From NCBI RefSeq assembly GCF_001194135.2, contig NC_068981.1, forward strand, positions 85,780,976 through 85,844,975: a DNA stretch of 64,000 nucleotides. The letters run 5' to 3'. Numbering within the stretch: position 1 is the first letter of the stretch; each line of letters begins with the position of its first letter. This document shows positions 37,344 to 48,029 of this stretch, in pieces. A program made the translations under genes and the position numbers. Source of the stretch: Octopus bimaculoides (Eukaryota). Below the pieces are notes generated by a model. It was not told the DNA's origin. It saw only the letters and a program-made list of their open reading frames with translations, and did no database searches.

Positions 37344-38624
37344 ATTTGTGTTGTGGGTTCCGAAAAGCTCAAATGAAGTAAAGAGATCAGTATGGAGTCT
37401 GAGAAGCATGAGTACAAGCGAGAAAGCACGCACATTAAGCAGTTTCGGTTGGGTGTAATCGGTTCGCATTTTTCAGGTCATTGTAATAGTGATAGAAAAA
37501 AAAAAACGAGGAAACATAGGCTGGTTTAGTGGTTTCGAATTATTGGTAAATAACGGCTTACTTATTACGATAATGGCTATGCTTTTTTTGTAGCTGCAGA
37601 CTAGAATGTGCCTCTTCCAAAATATATGAGTAGAAATGTAAATTAAAATATATTTGTAACAAGAAGAGTTATACATTCAAGCCTGAAGTATTTTGTAGCT
37701 CTGAAAATATTATTCAGTCCTTGTAGTATACCGTTGCTTATAGTATAAATGTATATTCGTCAAACAAAGCCACCAGAAATTATAAGGCTTTGCATTTTTT
37801 GTGATAGTGGCAACTTAGTTCTGTGTTATTTTTTCGTGAAGGTAGGGAAAATATAGTACTTCAGTTCAGGCTAATTTATTCATGAGCACTGCTAACGTGT
37901 TTGAAGAAAGACCAAAAACTGTCAAAGCTTTTTTGAAAGAATAGAGGAGATATTTTCCAAATTTTCAGAATATACACCTTGACTCCATCTGCTTAACGCT
38001 ATTATTTCAGTCACGCAATACCTTTCAATCACCGTCGGTTATTTTGCAGGGGAAAATAATCTGAAACAAAAACCATAAAGCTTATCAGATCTGTAAATTA
38101 ATCTCGCGATATTTATAACAAATAAAATCATCCAAACAAAAATGTCTTATCGATGTATTAACAGTATATTTCACTCTTGACTGCATTGTCAAAGTTAACT
38201 GAAGCTGAGTTTACGCTGACAAAATTTTGAATAGGATGTCCTTGTTTTCTGATGATTTCATAAAGAGAAGAAAACTTATGTCGTATTATATTTACAATAT
38301 TTTTCTTGTAATTTACTCTTCCTTGAATAATAATCTTCTGTTGTTTACGACAGAAACTTCACCAAAGAATCCTACAATTCTTTACAATATTACTAAATTT
38401 TTCTCGTTCCAAAAGTACCTACATTACAGTCTAAAGTTATTACAATACCTTTATTCGTTCATACATTTTAAGTTCTAGTTTTCACTTTTAACTGCCACGA
38501 TATTTCTCTTTTGAAGCACTAACATAAATTTTATAACTTACTTTCGTTTAATTTTATATTTGAGAGCACAGGTAGCTGGTACGTAATATAATATGATATA
38601 ATATGATATAATATGATATATGAT

Positions 38625-38780
38625 GTGTGTATGTATGTATGTATGTATGTATGTATGTATGTATGTATGTATGTATGTACGTACGTATGTATGTATGTAT
38701 GNNNNNNNNNNGTATGTATGTATGTATGTATGTATGTATGTATGTATGTACGTACGTATGTATGTATGTATGCATGTATG
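38625..38780. repeat. (TATG)n microsatellite with a small gap
   Basis: Directly visible. Confidence 0.95.
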
Positions 38781-38960
38781 AATCATACATAGGCTTTAAC
38801 GTCTTTTTTCAATTGTCTGGTTAGCTACTCAGGTGTTTAAAATCCATTATGATATCTCTTAGAGAGCCATAGTTGTTTTAAACATATATTAAAAAAATAA
38901 GAAAAAAAGCAGTAAATGCTAGTTTTATGAGTAATTAACCGTAGATATTCTTCCCTGCAG

Positions 38961-39045
38961 TCTTAGACGAGACAGCCACAACTGATGAGAAGGTGACCTC
39001 AGCAACTGTAATGTCATTTGTTCATTGTCTTAGAGGACAAATCAG
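38961..39045 (+). CDS. Gene 2 candidate exon: LDETATTDEKVTSATVMSFVHCLRGQI
   Basis: Acceptor ttcttccctgcag| and donor ag|gtactt; only phase 1 to 2 is open. Not directly phase-compatible with the 36348-36489 exon. Confidence 0.5.
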
Positions 39046-39283
39046 GTACTTTAGTTTCAATTAAGTAGGTATTCTCGCAAAAATGTTTTTCTTTTCGTTT
39101 AAATTACGAGCACGTCTTGTAGATATAAAATCGTTTGTATTTTCATCGATATTCAGTATTTTTTTGTTTTTTATTTTTTGTTTTGTATAGCGCTTTTACT
39201 ACAATATGTCTCACACGAAGATAGTGCATCATTCTGCTATTTAGTGTTCGAGGTAATGTTGTTATCAACGATACAGGTAATAC

Positions 39284-39830
39284 TGGTTTCAAATTTTGGC
39301 ATAAGGCCAGCAATTTCTGAGGAGGGAGTAAGTGCTCGACTGGTACTTATTTTATCGACCCCGAAAGAATGAAAGTCAAAGTCAACCTCGGTGGACTTGA
39401 ACACAGAACGTAAAGACGAACGAAATGCCGCTAAGCGTTTTGCCTGGCATACTAACGGCTCCGCCAGCTCGCCGCCTTAATGATACAGATAATATTGCTA
39501 ATTTATAATAGCATAACTACTAAAATATTTTCATCACATTGTAAAAGTCTTAAGTATTTTTCTGTCTCTTAGCTGGAAGGAGCATTTGATATGCCATATG
39601 TCTTATAATAATGATTTCAAATATTTTAACACAAGGCTAACAGTTTTAGGGAAGCAGGTAAGTCGATTACATCGATCTTAGTGTTCAACTGGTACTTATT
39701 CTATTGATCTCGAAAGAATGAACTGCGAAGTCAGACTCGGCATAATTTGAACTCAGAAAGTAAAAAAACGAAGAAATGTCACTAAGCATTTTGTCCCCAA
39801 CGCTCTATGATTCTGTCAGCTCGCTGTCTT
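39284..39830 (-). mobile_element. Two SINE family B copies (39284-39479, 39612-39830)
   Basis: Reverse-complement family B cores (aaagtcaacctcggtggacttgaac; gtcagactcggcataatttgaactcagaa). Confidence 0.85.
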
Positions 39831-40711
39831 GGTATCTTCTTATTGAGAATAATTAATGATATAGACTCAAGCAACCAGAGTCCAAATCCGTTCAGTAAAA
39901 TATTTTAAATGAATTGTATTCTAGTGTCGCGAGAGAAAAGAAAATGTAACGCGAAATCATCGCCATTAATTTTATAATGGTAGACACTAACGGAAGCATA
40001 AGGGTTTTCCTCTCCCCAAAAGAATCCAATATATTTTGTTTCAGATATTTTATTGAATTGATCTACTTGCTGTCACTGATTTCCTTGAACAGTAGTGATT
40101 ATTCCCAATTAGGAATATGGCATAAATTGTTCCTGTATCTTTTGAATATATGAAAATGTTGAAGTTCATTATTTCCGAATGGACTCTTTTATTTATTATG
40201 GGCTATACACATTCTAATGTTTTGGGAGAAAGATGTCATCAAAACCAATTGTTATTTGGCATAGTATGGCTTTCTAGGAACATTCGCGCGCGCGCACACG
40301 AAAATGAGCACGTATAGTATTAATACTCATCACTGTATAAATTAATAATTTATATCTTGCATTCTATAATTTCATGTTAACCAAAAAGAAATCTACCAGA
40401 ATTTGTATCCTGTCTTCAAACTGTTTATACTGGATCATGCCAAATGAACAATGCTACTGCCCAAACAAACATTCAACAACAAACCCAGTTTTTATCTTGG
40501 GTTTGTAATGAAGCATTTGGACGTAAGTTATAGATTTATTTCGATCTATTTTTGTATCAAATTGTCCCCCCACCACCATTTACGTCTACTGATCAATGCA
40601 TATGAAGTAAGTTTAACTCTTTACCTGTTCTGTCTGTCATATATGATACAAACGACATATTTCCCTGGCATCTATGCATCGTACACGATACACATTCCCA
40701 AATCTTTTCAG

Positions 40712-40822
40712 CCACCAGAGCAACTTTGGATTTACGAAAGAAACGTATGAAACAAATGCTAACGAAAAATCTGAAAACAAGCATAGACGTTTAAGACAAA
40801 CTTATGAAAATGCTCTGGACAG
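40712..40822 (+). CDS. Gene 2 candidate exon: HQSNFGFTKETYETNANEKSENKHRRLRQTYENALD
   Basis: Acceptor aaatcttttcag| and donor ag|gtaaag; 111 nt; only phase 2 to 2 is open; compatible with the 38961-39045 exon. Confidence 0.4.
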
Positions 40823-41592
40823 GTAAAGGGGTGACCTATGAGTTTCAGTGGAGCGGGGAGTGGGGGAGGAAATTATATATTATTTTTTCTAGTGAAAATG
40901 TCTTCATTTCTTACTTTTTTTTTCCATCCAAAATAATATTCTCGAAATTATTACCAAAAATTGCATGTAATAACACATGCATTGGCATTTATGCTACGAA
41001 AAGGCCAGACAATCTTTCAATTTATGACTGAAGGAAAATAGTTCGATAAAGCGTTCTGCTTAGTGGATACAAATAGATGATAGTATTTTTAACAAGCCCA
41101 CTGGTTAATTGCGATACCAGCACCTGTTCTGGGCCTGTTATTCTATATATCGCTGGCAATCGCTGCTATTTCTAGCGGTCGAGTGTCCATCATTGACAAG
41201 ACCAAGGAAGTCAAATCACGTGACCCGGTGATTTCGGCACCGGGGGAAGCAAGAATTTATCTCCTCGCTAGCGATATAAGCAAGAGTGCATTTTGTAATG
41301 TGAGAGTTTCTCTCATGGTATCTACTGCAGTATAGTTTGTTCTAACAGAACATCAACGTTTAAGTGGGGATAAATAGTACTTCTAAATATGGTAAGGGCT
41401 CAACCCCTAGGGATGTTTAAAATCTGAAAACAGCAAGCAACAAAGATAATTCCAATAAGATCACTTGATAGAAATTTTGGACAATGTAGATGTCCAAAAA
41501 TGTTAAAGATGTTAAAGCCAGCTGGGGAAAACGACCTTGTTTTGGTCTCCTCGTCTGGTAAACATATTCTATTGGGTAAGATTAAAAGTGAT

Positions 41593-41627
<35 letters not shown>

Positions 41628-42515
41628 TGTATGTGTGTGTGTGTGTGTACTTATTATTGATGTATTAAAATGAAAGACAAATGAGCAAAGGAATAAGGGA
41701 TCGATTATCCGGATATGTTAAACTTCCATTCTCATGTCTAAAAAGCGACATTAATACGGACTCGGTAATAATTAATATGAATAGAATAATAAATGTTGCA
41801 TGTGATTGAAATGAACAGAAAACAAGTTATTGATATTTCGAATATTTCATTTTATATATTTCAATAATCAATAATCAGTTCATTATAGATAACTTCCTCA
41901 GATGGAAAATAACGAAATATAAAACCCCAAATATCTTACATCAGACGAAATGGTCTGTATTTGATCGATTATTAATTATTGAAATGTATGTAATGAATTA
42001 TCCGAAATAATCTGTAATTGTTTTCTTTAGATTGTTCAGGTAATTAATTAAGAGAAATATTCAGAATAGGGGTATTTAAATTCTCAAATACTCCTAAACG
42101 GAATGTTTCTCTTTCAAGCAAAAGAGATAAGTCTCATAAGAGTTGCTCGACATTTCTAGATTGACACATATTAGAGTAGATCTGGCTTTTAAAAAATCAA
42201 CTGATGAAAGCATTGGGCATATTTTGGCTTTAGTTGATATTCTCAGCGAAGTATATTCTGTTTGGATAGCGAGATTACGAATAACTAATTTTTAAAATTT
42301 ATTTTTACTTTTAATAGCTATATTTGAACCTTAAAATCTATCTTGAATTAATGACTTACATATGTTCGTCTTGTTCTCATCAACATAATCCTTTGTTCAT
42401 CGTTAAAATTCATAAAACGTGTCATTGTTATAATCATTTTATGAAAATTAAAAACATTAATCTAATGTTTCTCAAGTGCTGAGTTATATAAATCACGCTT
42501 TTCATTATTTTGAAG

Positions 42516-42603
42516 TACTGATGGCTGTCATCCCTTGCCTATCAAACCCATCGACTAAACAAGCACTTCAAGATTGCGGCGCTGGCGTATCTAACAACTG
42601 CAG
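42516..42603 (+). CDS. Gene 2 candidate exon: LMAVIPCLSNPSTKQALQDCGAGVSNNC
   Basis: Acceptor ttcattattttgaag| and donor cag|gtaaac; 88 nt open in phase 1 to 2; three Cys. Confidence 0.55.
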
Positions 42604-42849
42604 GTAAACTATTTGAATTCTGTAGAATAAATAGTAACTATAAATATATATATAAACTAATTAATTAATGTCTAAAAAAGCTGTTAAAAATTATTAGTAT
42701 TTCTTCGTTTATGCCTTGCTTTATCGTTGATATCATGGAGCAGTAGCGTAGCTAGCAGTTGTTGCAGTGGGGGGAGGTCAGCCCAGGTGATGCTTTTATG
42801 GAGGCAGCACTTTTGGGTCTACTGTATAAGTCTGTATCGCAGACGAGGG

Positions 42850-43989
42850 CGGAAAATTAAAGGGCTGTCTCGGATGGTATACACTTTAGCTATGCTACTG
42901 TTGCAGAGTGAGGATCTTGTCGGTTTTTGATATTGTTTTTTTTTAGGAAGGATACACTGAAATGGTTTTCTGTTGTTTTGCCGACGCCGGGATCACGCTA
43001 GCTTCTGCTCCTGTGTCGATTAGGAACCTGCGCCCGGAGCTGCGATCGCGGACATAGAGGAGCATTTGGTCATGTATGCCGGCCACCAGGGCAGAGCGTT
43101 CATTGGCGGCCAGCCCTGGAGTTTCCCTGGGTCACTGGTGAAGGGGTCCCAAAGCTACATGGGTGTTTGCTCTTTGTCGCCTTTTTTCCGAACTTTNNNN
43201 NNNNNNNNNNNNNNNNNNNNNNNNNNNNNNNNNNNNNNNNNNNNNNNNNNNNNNNNNNNNNNNNNNNNNNNNNNNNNNNNNNNNNNNNNNNNNNNNNNNN
43301 NNNNNNNNNNNNNNNNNNNNNNNNNNNNNNNNNNNNNNNNNNNNNNNNNNNNNNNNNNNNNNNNNNNNNNNNNNNNNNNNNNNNNNNNNNNNNNNNNNNN
43401 NNNNNNNNNNNNNNNNNNNNNNNNNNNNNNNNNNNNNNNNNNNNNNNNNNNNNNNNNNNNNNNNNNNNNNNNNNNNNNNNNNNNNNNNNNNNNNNNNNNN
43501 NNNNNNNNNNNNNNNNNNNNNNNNNNNNNNNNNNNNNNNNNNNNNNNNNNNNNNNNNNNNNNNNNNNNNNNNNNNNNNNNNNNNNNNNNNNNNNNNNNNN
43601 NNNNNNNNNNNNNNNNNNNNNNNNNNNNNNNNNNNNNNNNNNNNNNNNNNNNNNNNNNNNNNNNNNNNNNNNNNNNNNNNNNNNNNNNNNNNNNNNNNNN
43701 NNNNNNNNNNNNNNNNNNNNNNNNNNNNNNNNNNNNNNNNNNNNNNNNNNNNNNNNNNNNNNNNNNNNNNNNNNNNNNNNNNNNNNNNNNNNNNNNNNNN
43801 NNNNNNNNNNNNNNNNNNNNNNNNNNNNNNNNNNNNNNNNNNNNNAGGTTGATTACTTTACGTACATCAGGGTTTAAGCCATCAGTTATTTCTGTTTAGT
43901 TTACTCAGATTCATTTTACACTTACTGTTGACATTCTTTTGTTTTATTTCTCCCACCGGAAGTCCCTATGTCACGAATCTTGCCCTACA
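42850..43989 (-). mobile_element. Truncated Gypsy (CsRn1/Mag-like) retrotransposon: 5' LTR, gap, gag end, protease
   Basis: On the - strand: LTR-like start TGTAGGG at 43989; after the gap, gag-end KATKSKHPCSF...QGNSRAGRQ*; protease LLYVRDRSSGRRFLIDTGAEASVIP (DTG at 43009-43017). Confidence 0.85.
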
Positions 43990-44539
43990 AGGTGTCCTTT
44001 GTCCCATCCCTAAATATAACAATATCTGTTTCAACAAACGATTTCATATTTCAGATCTTGCAAAACAAATGTTTTAACAAATGCTTTGTAGATATTTTTT
44101 AGTGTATTTTATTTGATTTTCTACTTCAGTATTGTTTTTCACAAAAAAAAAAAAAAATTCTATACTTTTTAAATATGTTCGCTGAGGCTGACTAAATGTC
44201 GAATAAATCGAATTGAAGTTGGAAATAACGCAACTACAAAAGACAAGTTGAGGAATGCCTGTATTTCAATTCAACACACAAAGCTAGATTGGCCTACTGT
44301 GATTTTGATTTAGAATGGTGATACTCAAACATGTACAATAAAAAATTGTTCTTTGAGGTATTATGTTGTTAAAGATTTATTCATTATTTGTCTATTTTCC
44401 AGCACTTTAAACAATATGGTTCTCTGCCGAATGAACGTTGCAAATAAGTGTAGTTACGACGCGATGCAGTTTACTCGAAGTTATTGGGAAATTAACCTCA
44501 GACTCAAGCGGAATATTCTCAATTGCCCTGTAATTCTCT

Positions 44540-44545
44540 TTATTA

Positions 44546-44591
<46 letters not shown>

Positions 44592-44730
44592 CATCATCAT
44601 CATCATCATCGTCATTATTATTATTATAATTATTATTATTATCATCATCATTATTGTTATTATCATTATTATCATCATAATCATCATTATTATTATTAAT
44701 ATTATTAATTATTATTATTATTATTATTAT
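44540..44730. repeat. (ATT)/(ATC) microsatellite
   Basis: Directly visible. Confidence 0.95.
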
Positions 44731-45315
44731 TGAGTGAGAGAGCAGTGCATGCCATCAAAGTGACTCTTGGATAAAATATACGAAGCCCAGTATGAATCTT
44801 ATGTATGAATGGTAACGAAATAACCGAATATCATTTTGTGCTCAGTATTATTCCAACGTAATACAGTACAATGGCACGAACTTTTAGTTTTTTTCTGTCT
44901 CCATTCAAATCTCGTCAGCGTCAGAATTTTGAGGGAAACCAACTAAAAACGTGTAAGATTTCCAATTCTTACACGAAAAAACAAAAATTCTAAATATAAA
45001 GTTTCGATTTACCCAACAATTTCTTACTAAGTGAAACAAACAAACATTAATACCAGGAATGTGACTCAAGTAATCCCCCAAAAGCAGTTTTTAGTGATAC
45101 ATTAGGGCTAACAGTGAAACAGAGTAATCGCCACACTTTGTCACCAGGGGTTTCTTATTCTAAAAGCCATAGAATCTTTTTAAACAATGTGATAAGATGT
45201 TTCCTTCCTAGACAAATAGTTACGGGTGCAGTCCCACTGAAAAAAGACTGAAACAAGTAAATGAAATGATATATTTTTATCTTTAACACGCGCGCGCGCG
45301 CACACGTACATACGG

Positions 45316-45467
45316 GGGACTGCTTTCAGTTTCTGTTTACCAAATCCACTCACAAGGGTCTGGTCAGCTCGGTGCTATAGTAGAGGATACTTGTCCGAGG
45401 TGCCACGTAGTTGGGCTGAACCTGGAACCATATGGTTGGGAAGCAGACTTCTTATCACCCAGTCATC
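45316..45467 (-). mobile_element. SINE family A, 5' half
   Basis: ctttcagtttctgtttaccaaatccactcacaag...gaggtgccacgtag...gaaccatatggttgggaagc. Confidence 0.85.
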
Positions 45468-45471
45468 TATG

Positions 45472-45502
<31 letters not shown>

Positions 45503-45578
45503 CATGTATATATGTATGAAATATTATTTAAAATTTACATAATAATTATTTTAACAACTTGTATTATTTTGTTTCTAG

Positions 45579-45632
45579 TCACCTTCCTATGGTATGTCTA
45601 CGATGTCTCCAACAGGAATTCTTTGTTCTGCT
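45579..45632 (+). CDS. Gene 2 candidate exon (phase 0: SPSYGMSTMSPTGILCSA; phase 2: HLPMVCLRCLQQEFFVL)
   Basis: Acceptor tattattttgtttctag| and donor |gtgagt; 54 nt; all three frames are open, so the frame is unresolved. Confidence 0.6.
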
Positions 45633-45726
45633 GTGAGTAATTTTCACTTCATGGTTACTTCCAACTTACGAGATGCTTAAAGAAAAAAAAAAGGAAAAAA
45701 AAACTAAACCTTCAAAGTTAACGATC

Positions 45727-46112
45727 TCTTTTACTCTTTTACTTGTTTCAGTCATTTGACTGTGGCCATGCTGGAGCACCGCATTTAGTCGAGCAAATCG
45801 ACCCCAGGACTTATTCTTTGTAAGCCTAGTACTTATTCTATCAGTCTCTTTTGCCGAATTGCTAAGTTACAGGGACGTAAACACACCAGCATCGGTTGTC
45901 AAGCGATGTTGGGGGAACAAACACACACACATACATACATATATATACATATATAAGACGGACTTCTTTCAGTTTCGGTCTACCAAATCCACTCACAAGG
46001 CTTTGGTCGGCCCGAGGCTATAGTTGAAGACACTTGCCCAAGGTGCCACGCAGTGAGACTGAACTCAGAACCATGTGGTTGGTAAGCGAGCTATTTACCA
46101 CACAGCCGCTCC
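45727..46112 (-). mobile_element. Full-length SINE family A
   Basis: Reverse complement of 11297-11690. Confidence 0.92.
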
Positions 46113-46249
46113 TACGATCTGTTAATGTCTTTAACATTATTTTTATGGAAAAAGAGAAAGCCCTTGGTCGATAGATCATGAAGCTAAATATAGAAAGTAA
46201 TGATGGCTTTTGGGAGACTGTTGTAGTTAATATCAAACAGCAAAAGAAG

Positions 46250-46462
46250 GAATTAGCTGGCAGAATCGTTAGCCCGCCGGACAAAATGCTTAGCGGCATT
46301 TCGTCCGTCATTATGTTCTGGGCTCAAATTCCGCCGAGGTTGACTTTACTTTTCATCCTTTAAGGGTCGATAAAATAAGTACCAGTTGAGCACTGGGTCG
46401 ATGTAATCGACTAATCCCTTCCTCGAAATTGCTGTCCTTGTGCTAGAAATTTGAAACCAGTA
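46250..46462 (+). mobile_element. SINE family B
   Basis: agctggcagaatcgttagcccgccggacaaaatgcttagcggcatttcg...aaatttgaaacc. Confidence 0.92.
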
Positions 46463-46575
46463 TCAAAAGCTGTTGCTTAGTGATCACCAGCAGTTCACGC
46501 TAATGAAGCGGATTTCTAAGTGGAAACTAAATATTAGAAGTTGTGTTCAAATAAGAGAGAGAGATTGAATGTATG

Positions 46576-46951
46576 TGTAAAAGGTTGATAGTTGCAATAG
46601 AGACATTAGTCTCTCTCTATCACCTTTCAACAAAATTATATATTAAGAAACAGTAGAACAATTAACAACATAATAAAAATAAGTTTTATTTTTGGTGATG
46701 CTTGGTTTTACAAATCCTGATTAACTTGTAATTAGCATTGGAAGGTCAAAAGCTTCGTTGAGGCATCTCAGAAGAGTAAGTTATTGTCACATCGAAGGCA
46801 TCGTGCTAAAAAAGTGTTAGAAAGCGCGCGAAGCGCTTTAGGTACTGGTTTTACTACGCATGTGCACTCGAGGGGCTTCCGGGAAGGCAAGTCCCTTGCG
46901 CATACGTAGATTGTACTTCCTTAATGGCGGCCATAATTTCGCGCCACTACA
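46576..46951 (-). mobile_element. Putative solo LTR (~376 bp)
   Basis: On the - strand it starts TGTAGTGG (46951) and ends ...TTACA (46576), with AATAAA inside. Flanks tatg / tata (3/4). The left boundary is uncertain. Confidence 0.45.
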
Positions 46952-47012
46952 TATATTAGAGAGAGTGTGTATATGTGTGTGTGTGTGAGAAAGAGAAAGA
47001 GGGAGAGAGGGG

Positions 47013-47060
<48 letters not shown>

Positions 47061-47258
47061 GCTTCTGTGTGTAAGCGCGAGAGAGAGAAAGAAAAAAGAG
47101 AGACGAAGAGAAAGTTACAAGGGGGTGGGGGTTATTTTCGTAAAAAGAAAAAAATTGATCAGACAAATAACTTCTGTCAAATTTCGGATTTAGACTAGTG
47201 ACTGAGAAAGTATAATTTTAAAGAAACCTAGATTACATGAGGTTTATAAAAGTATTGT

Positions 47259-47635
47259 GGAGGCGCATTGACCCAGTGGTTAGGGCAGCGGACTCGCGGT
47301 CATAGGATCGCGGTTTCGATTCCCAGCCCGAGCGTTGTGTTTATTGAGCGAAAACACCTAAAGCTCCACGAGGCTCCGGCAGGGGATGGTGGCGAACCCT
47401 GCTGTACTCTTCCACCACAACTTTCTCTCACTCTTACCTCCTGTTTCTGTTGTGCCTGTAATTCAAAGGATCAGCTTTGTCACAATGTGTCACGCTGAAT
47501 ATCCCCGAGAACTACGTTAAGGGTACGCGTGCCTGTGGTGTGCTCAGCCACTTGCACGTTAATTTCACGAGCAGGCTGTTCCGTTGATCGGATCAACTGG
47601 AACCCTCGTCGTCGTAAGCAACGGAGTGCCAACAT
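47259..47635 (+). mobile_element. tRNA-derived SINE family C (~380 bp)
   Basis: tRNA-like head ggaggcgcattgacccagtggttagggcagcggactcgcggtcataggatcgcggtttcgattccc with A/B-box-like motifs; possible TSD aaagtatt on both sides. Confidence 0.85.
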
Positions 47636-47981
47636 GAAAGTATTAACAACTGCAATAAATCCAGTTGTTTAGTTTTCTTCATCCGAGGTTTATGGCATTT
47701 TGAACAGAGTTCACTGGAAACCGTGAAGTAAAGAATGTGCCGTGAGTACAACCTTCGAGGAAATTAAAATTTGCATATTAAAATTGTTAAAGGCAGCCAG
47801 ACTTTGAGGAATTATTTTGCTGATATAGCGAAATAAATTAGGAAGTACTGATGTTTTATTGGATAGAAACATAACATTGGAAAGTTCTAATAGTCCCTAA
47901 TTTATGATGCTAGTTTGTGTACAAAAATAAATAAAAAGCGGTTGGGTTGGTGAAGTGTCACACGGTAGCGATAGTGGAGGT

Positions 47982-48026
<45 letters not shown>

Positions 48027-48029
48027 ATA

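Noticed and set aside
38792-38832. Possible extra gene 2 exon (ALTSFFNCLVSYS, phase 0 to 1)
   Set aside because: The peptide fits, but both splice sites are weak (catacatag|, |gtgttt) and it abuts a microsatellite.
44353-44733. Poly-Ile, poly-Tyr, poly-Thr and CVCV/HTHT ORFs here and at 1100, 33376 and 38538
   Set aside because: These are translations of microsatellites, with no splice or homology support.
44731-44800. Possible LINE 3' end abutting the (ATT)n tract
   Set aside because: Too short, with no coding motif; it rests only on vague recollection of a repeat.
47259-47335. tRNA-like sequence (also the heads of SINE A and B)
   Set aside because: No complete cloverleaf, and it continues into a SINE body, so it is a SINE head rather than a tRNA gene.
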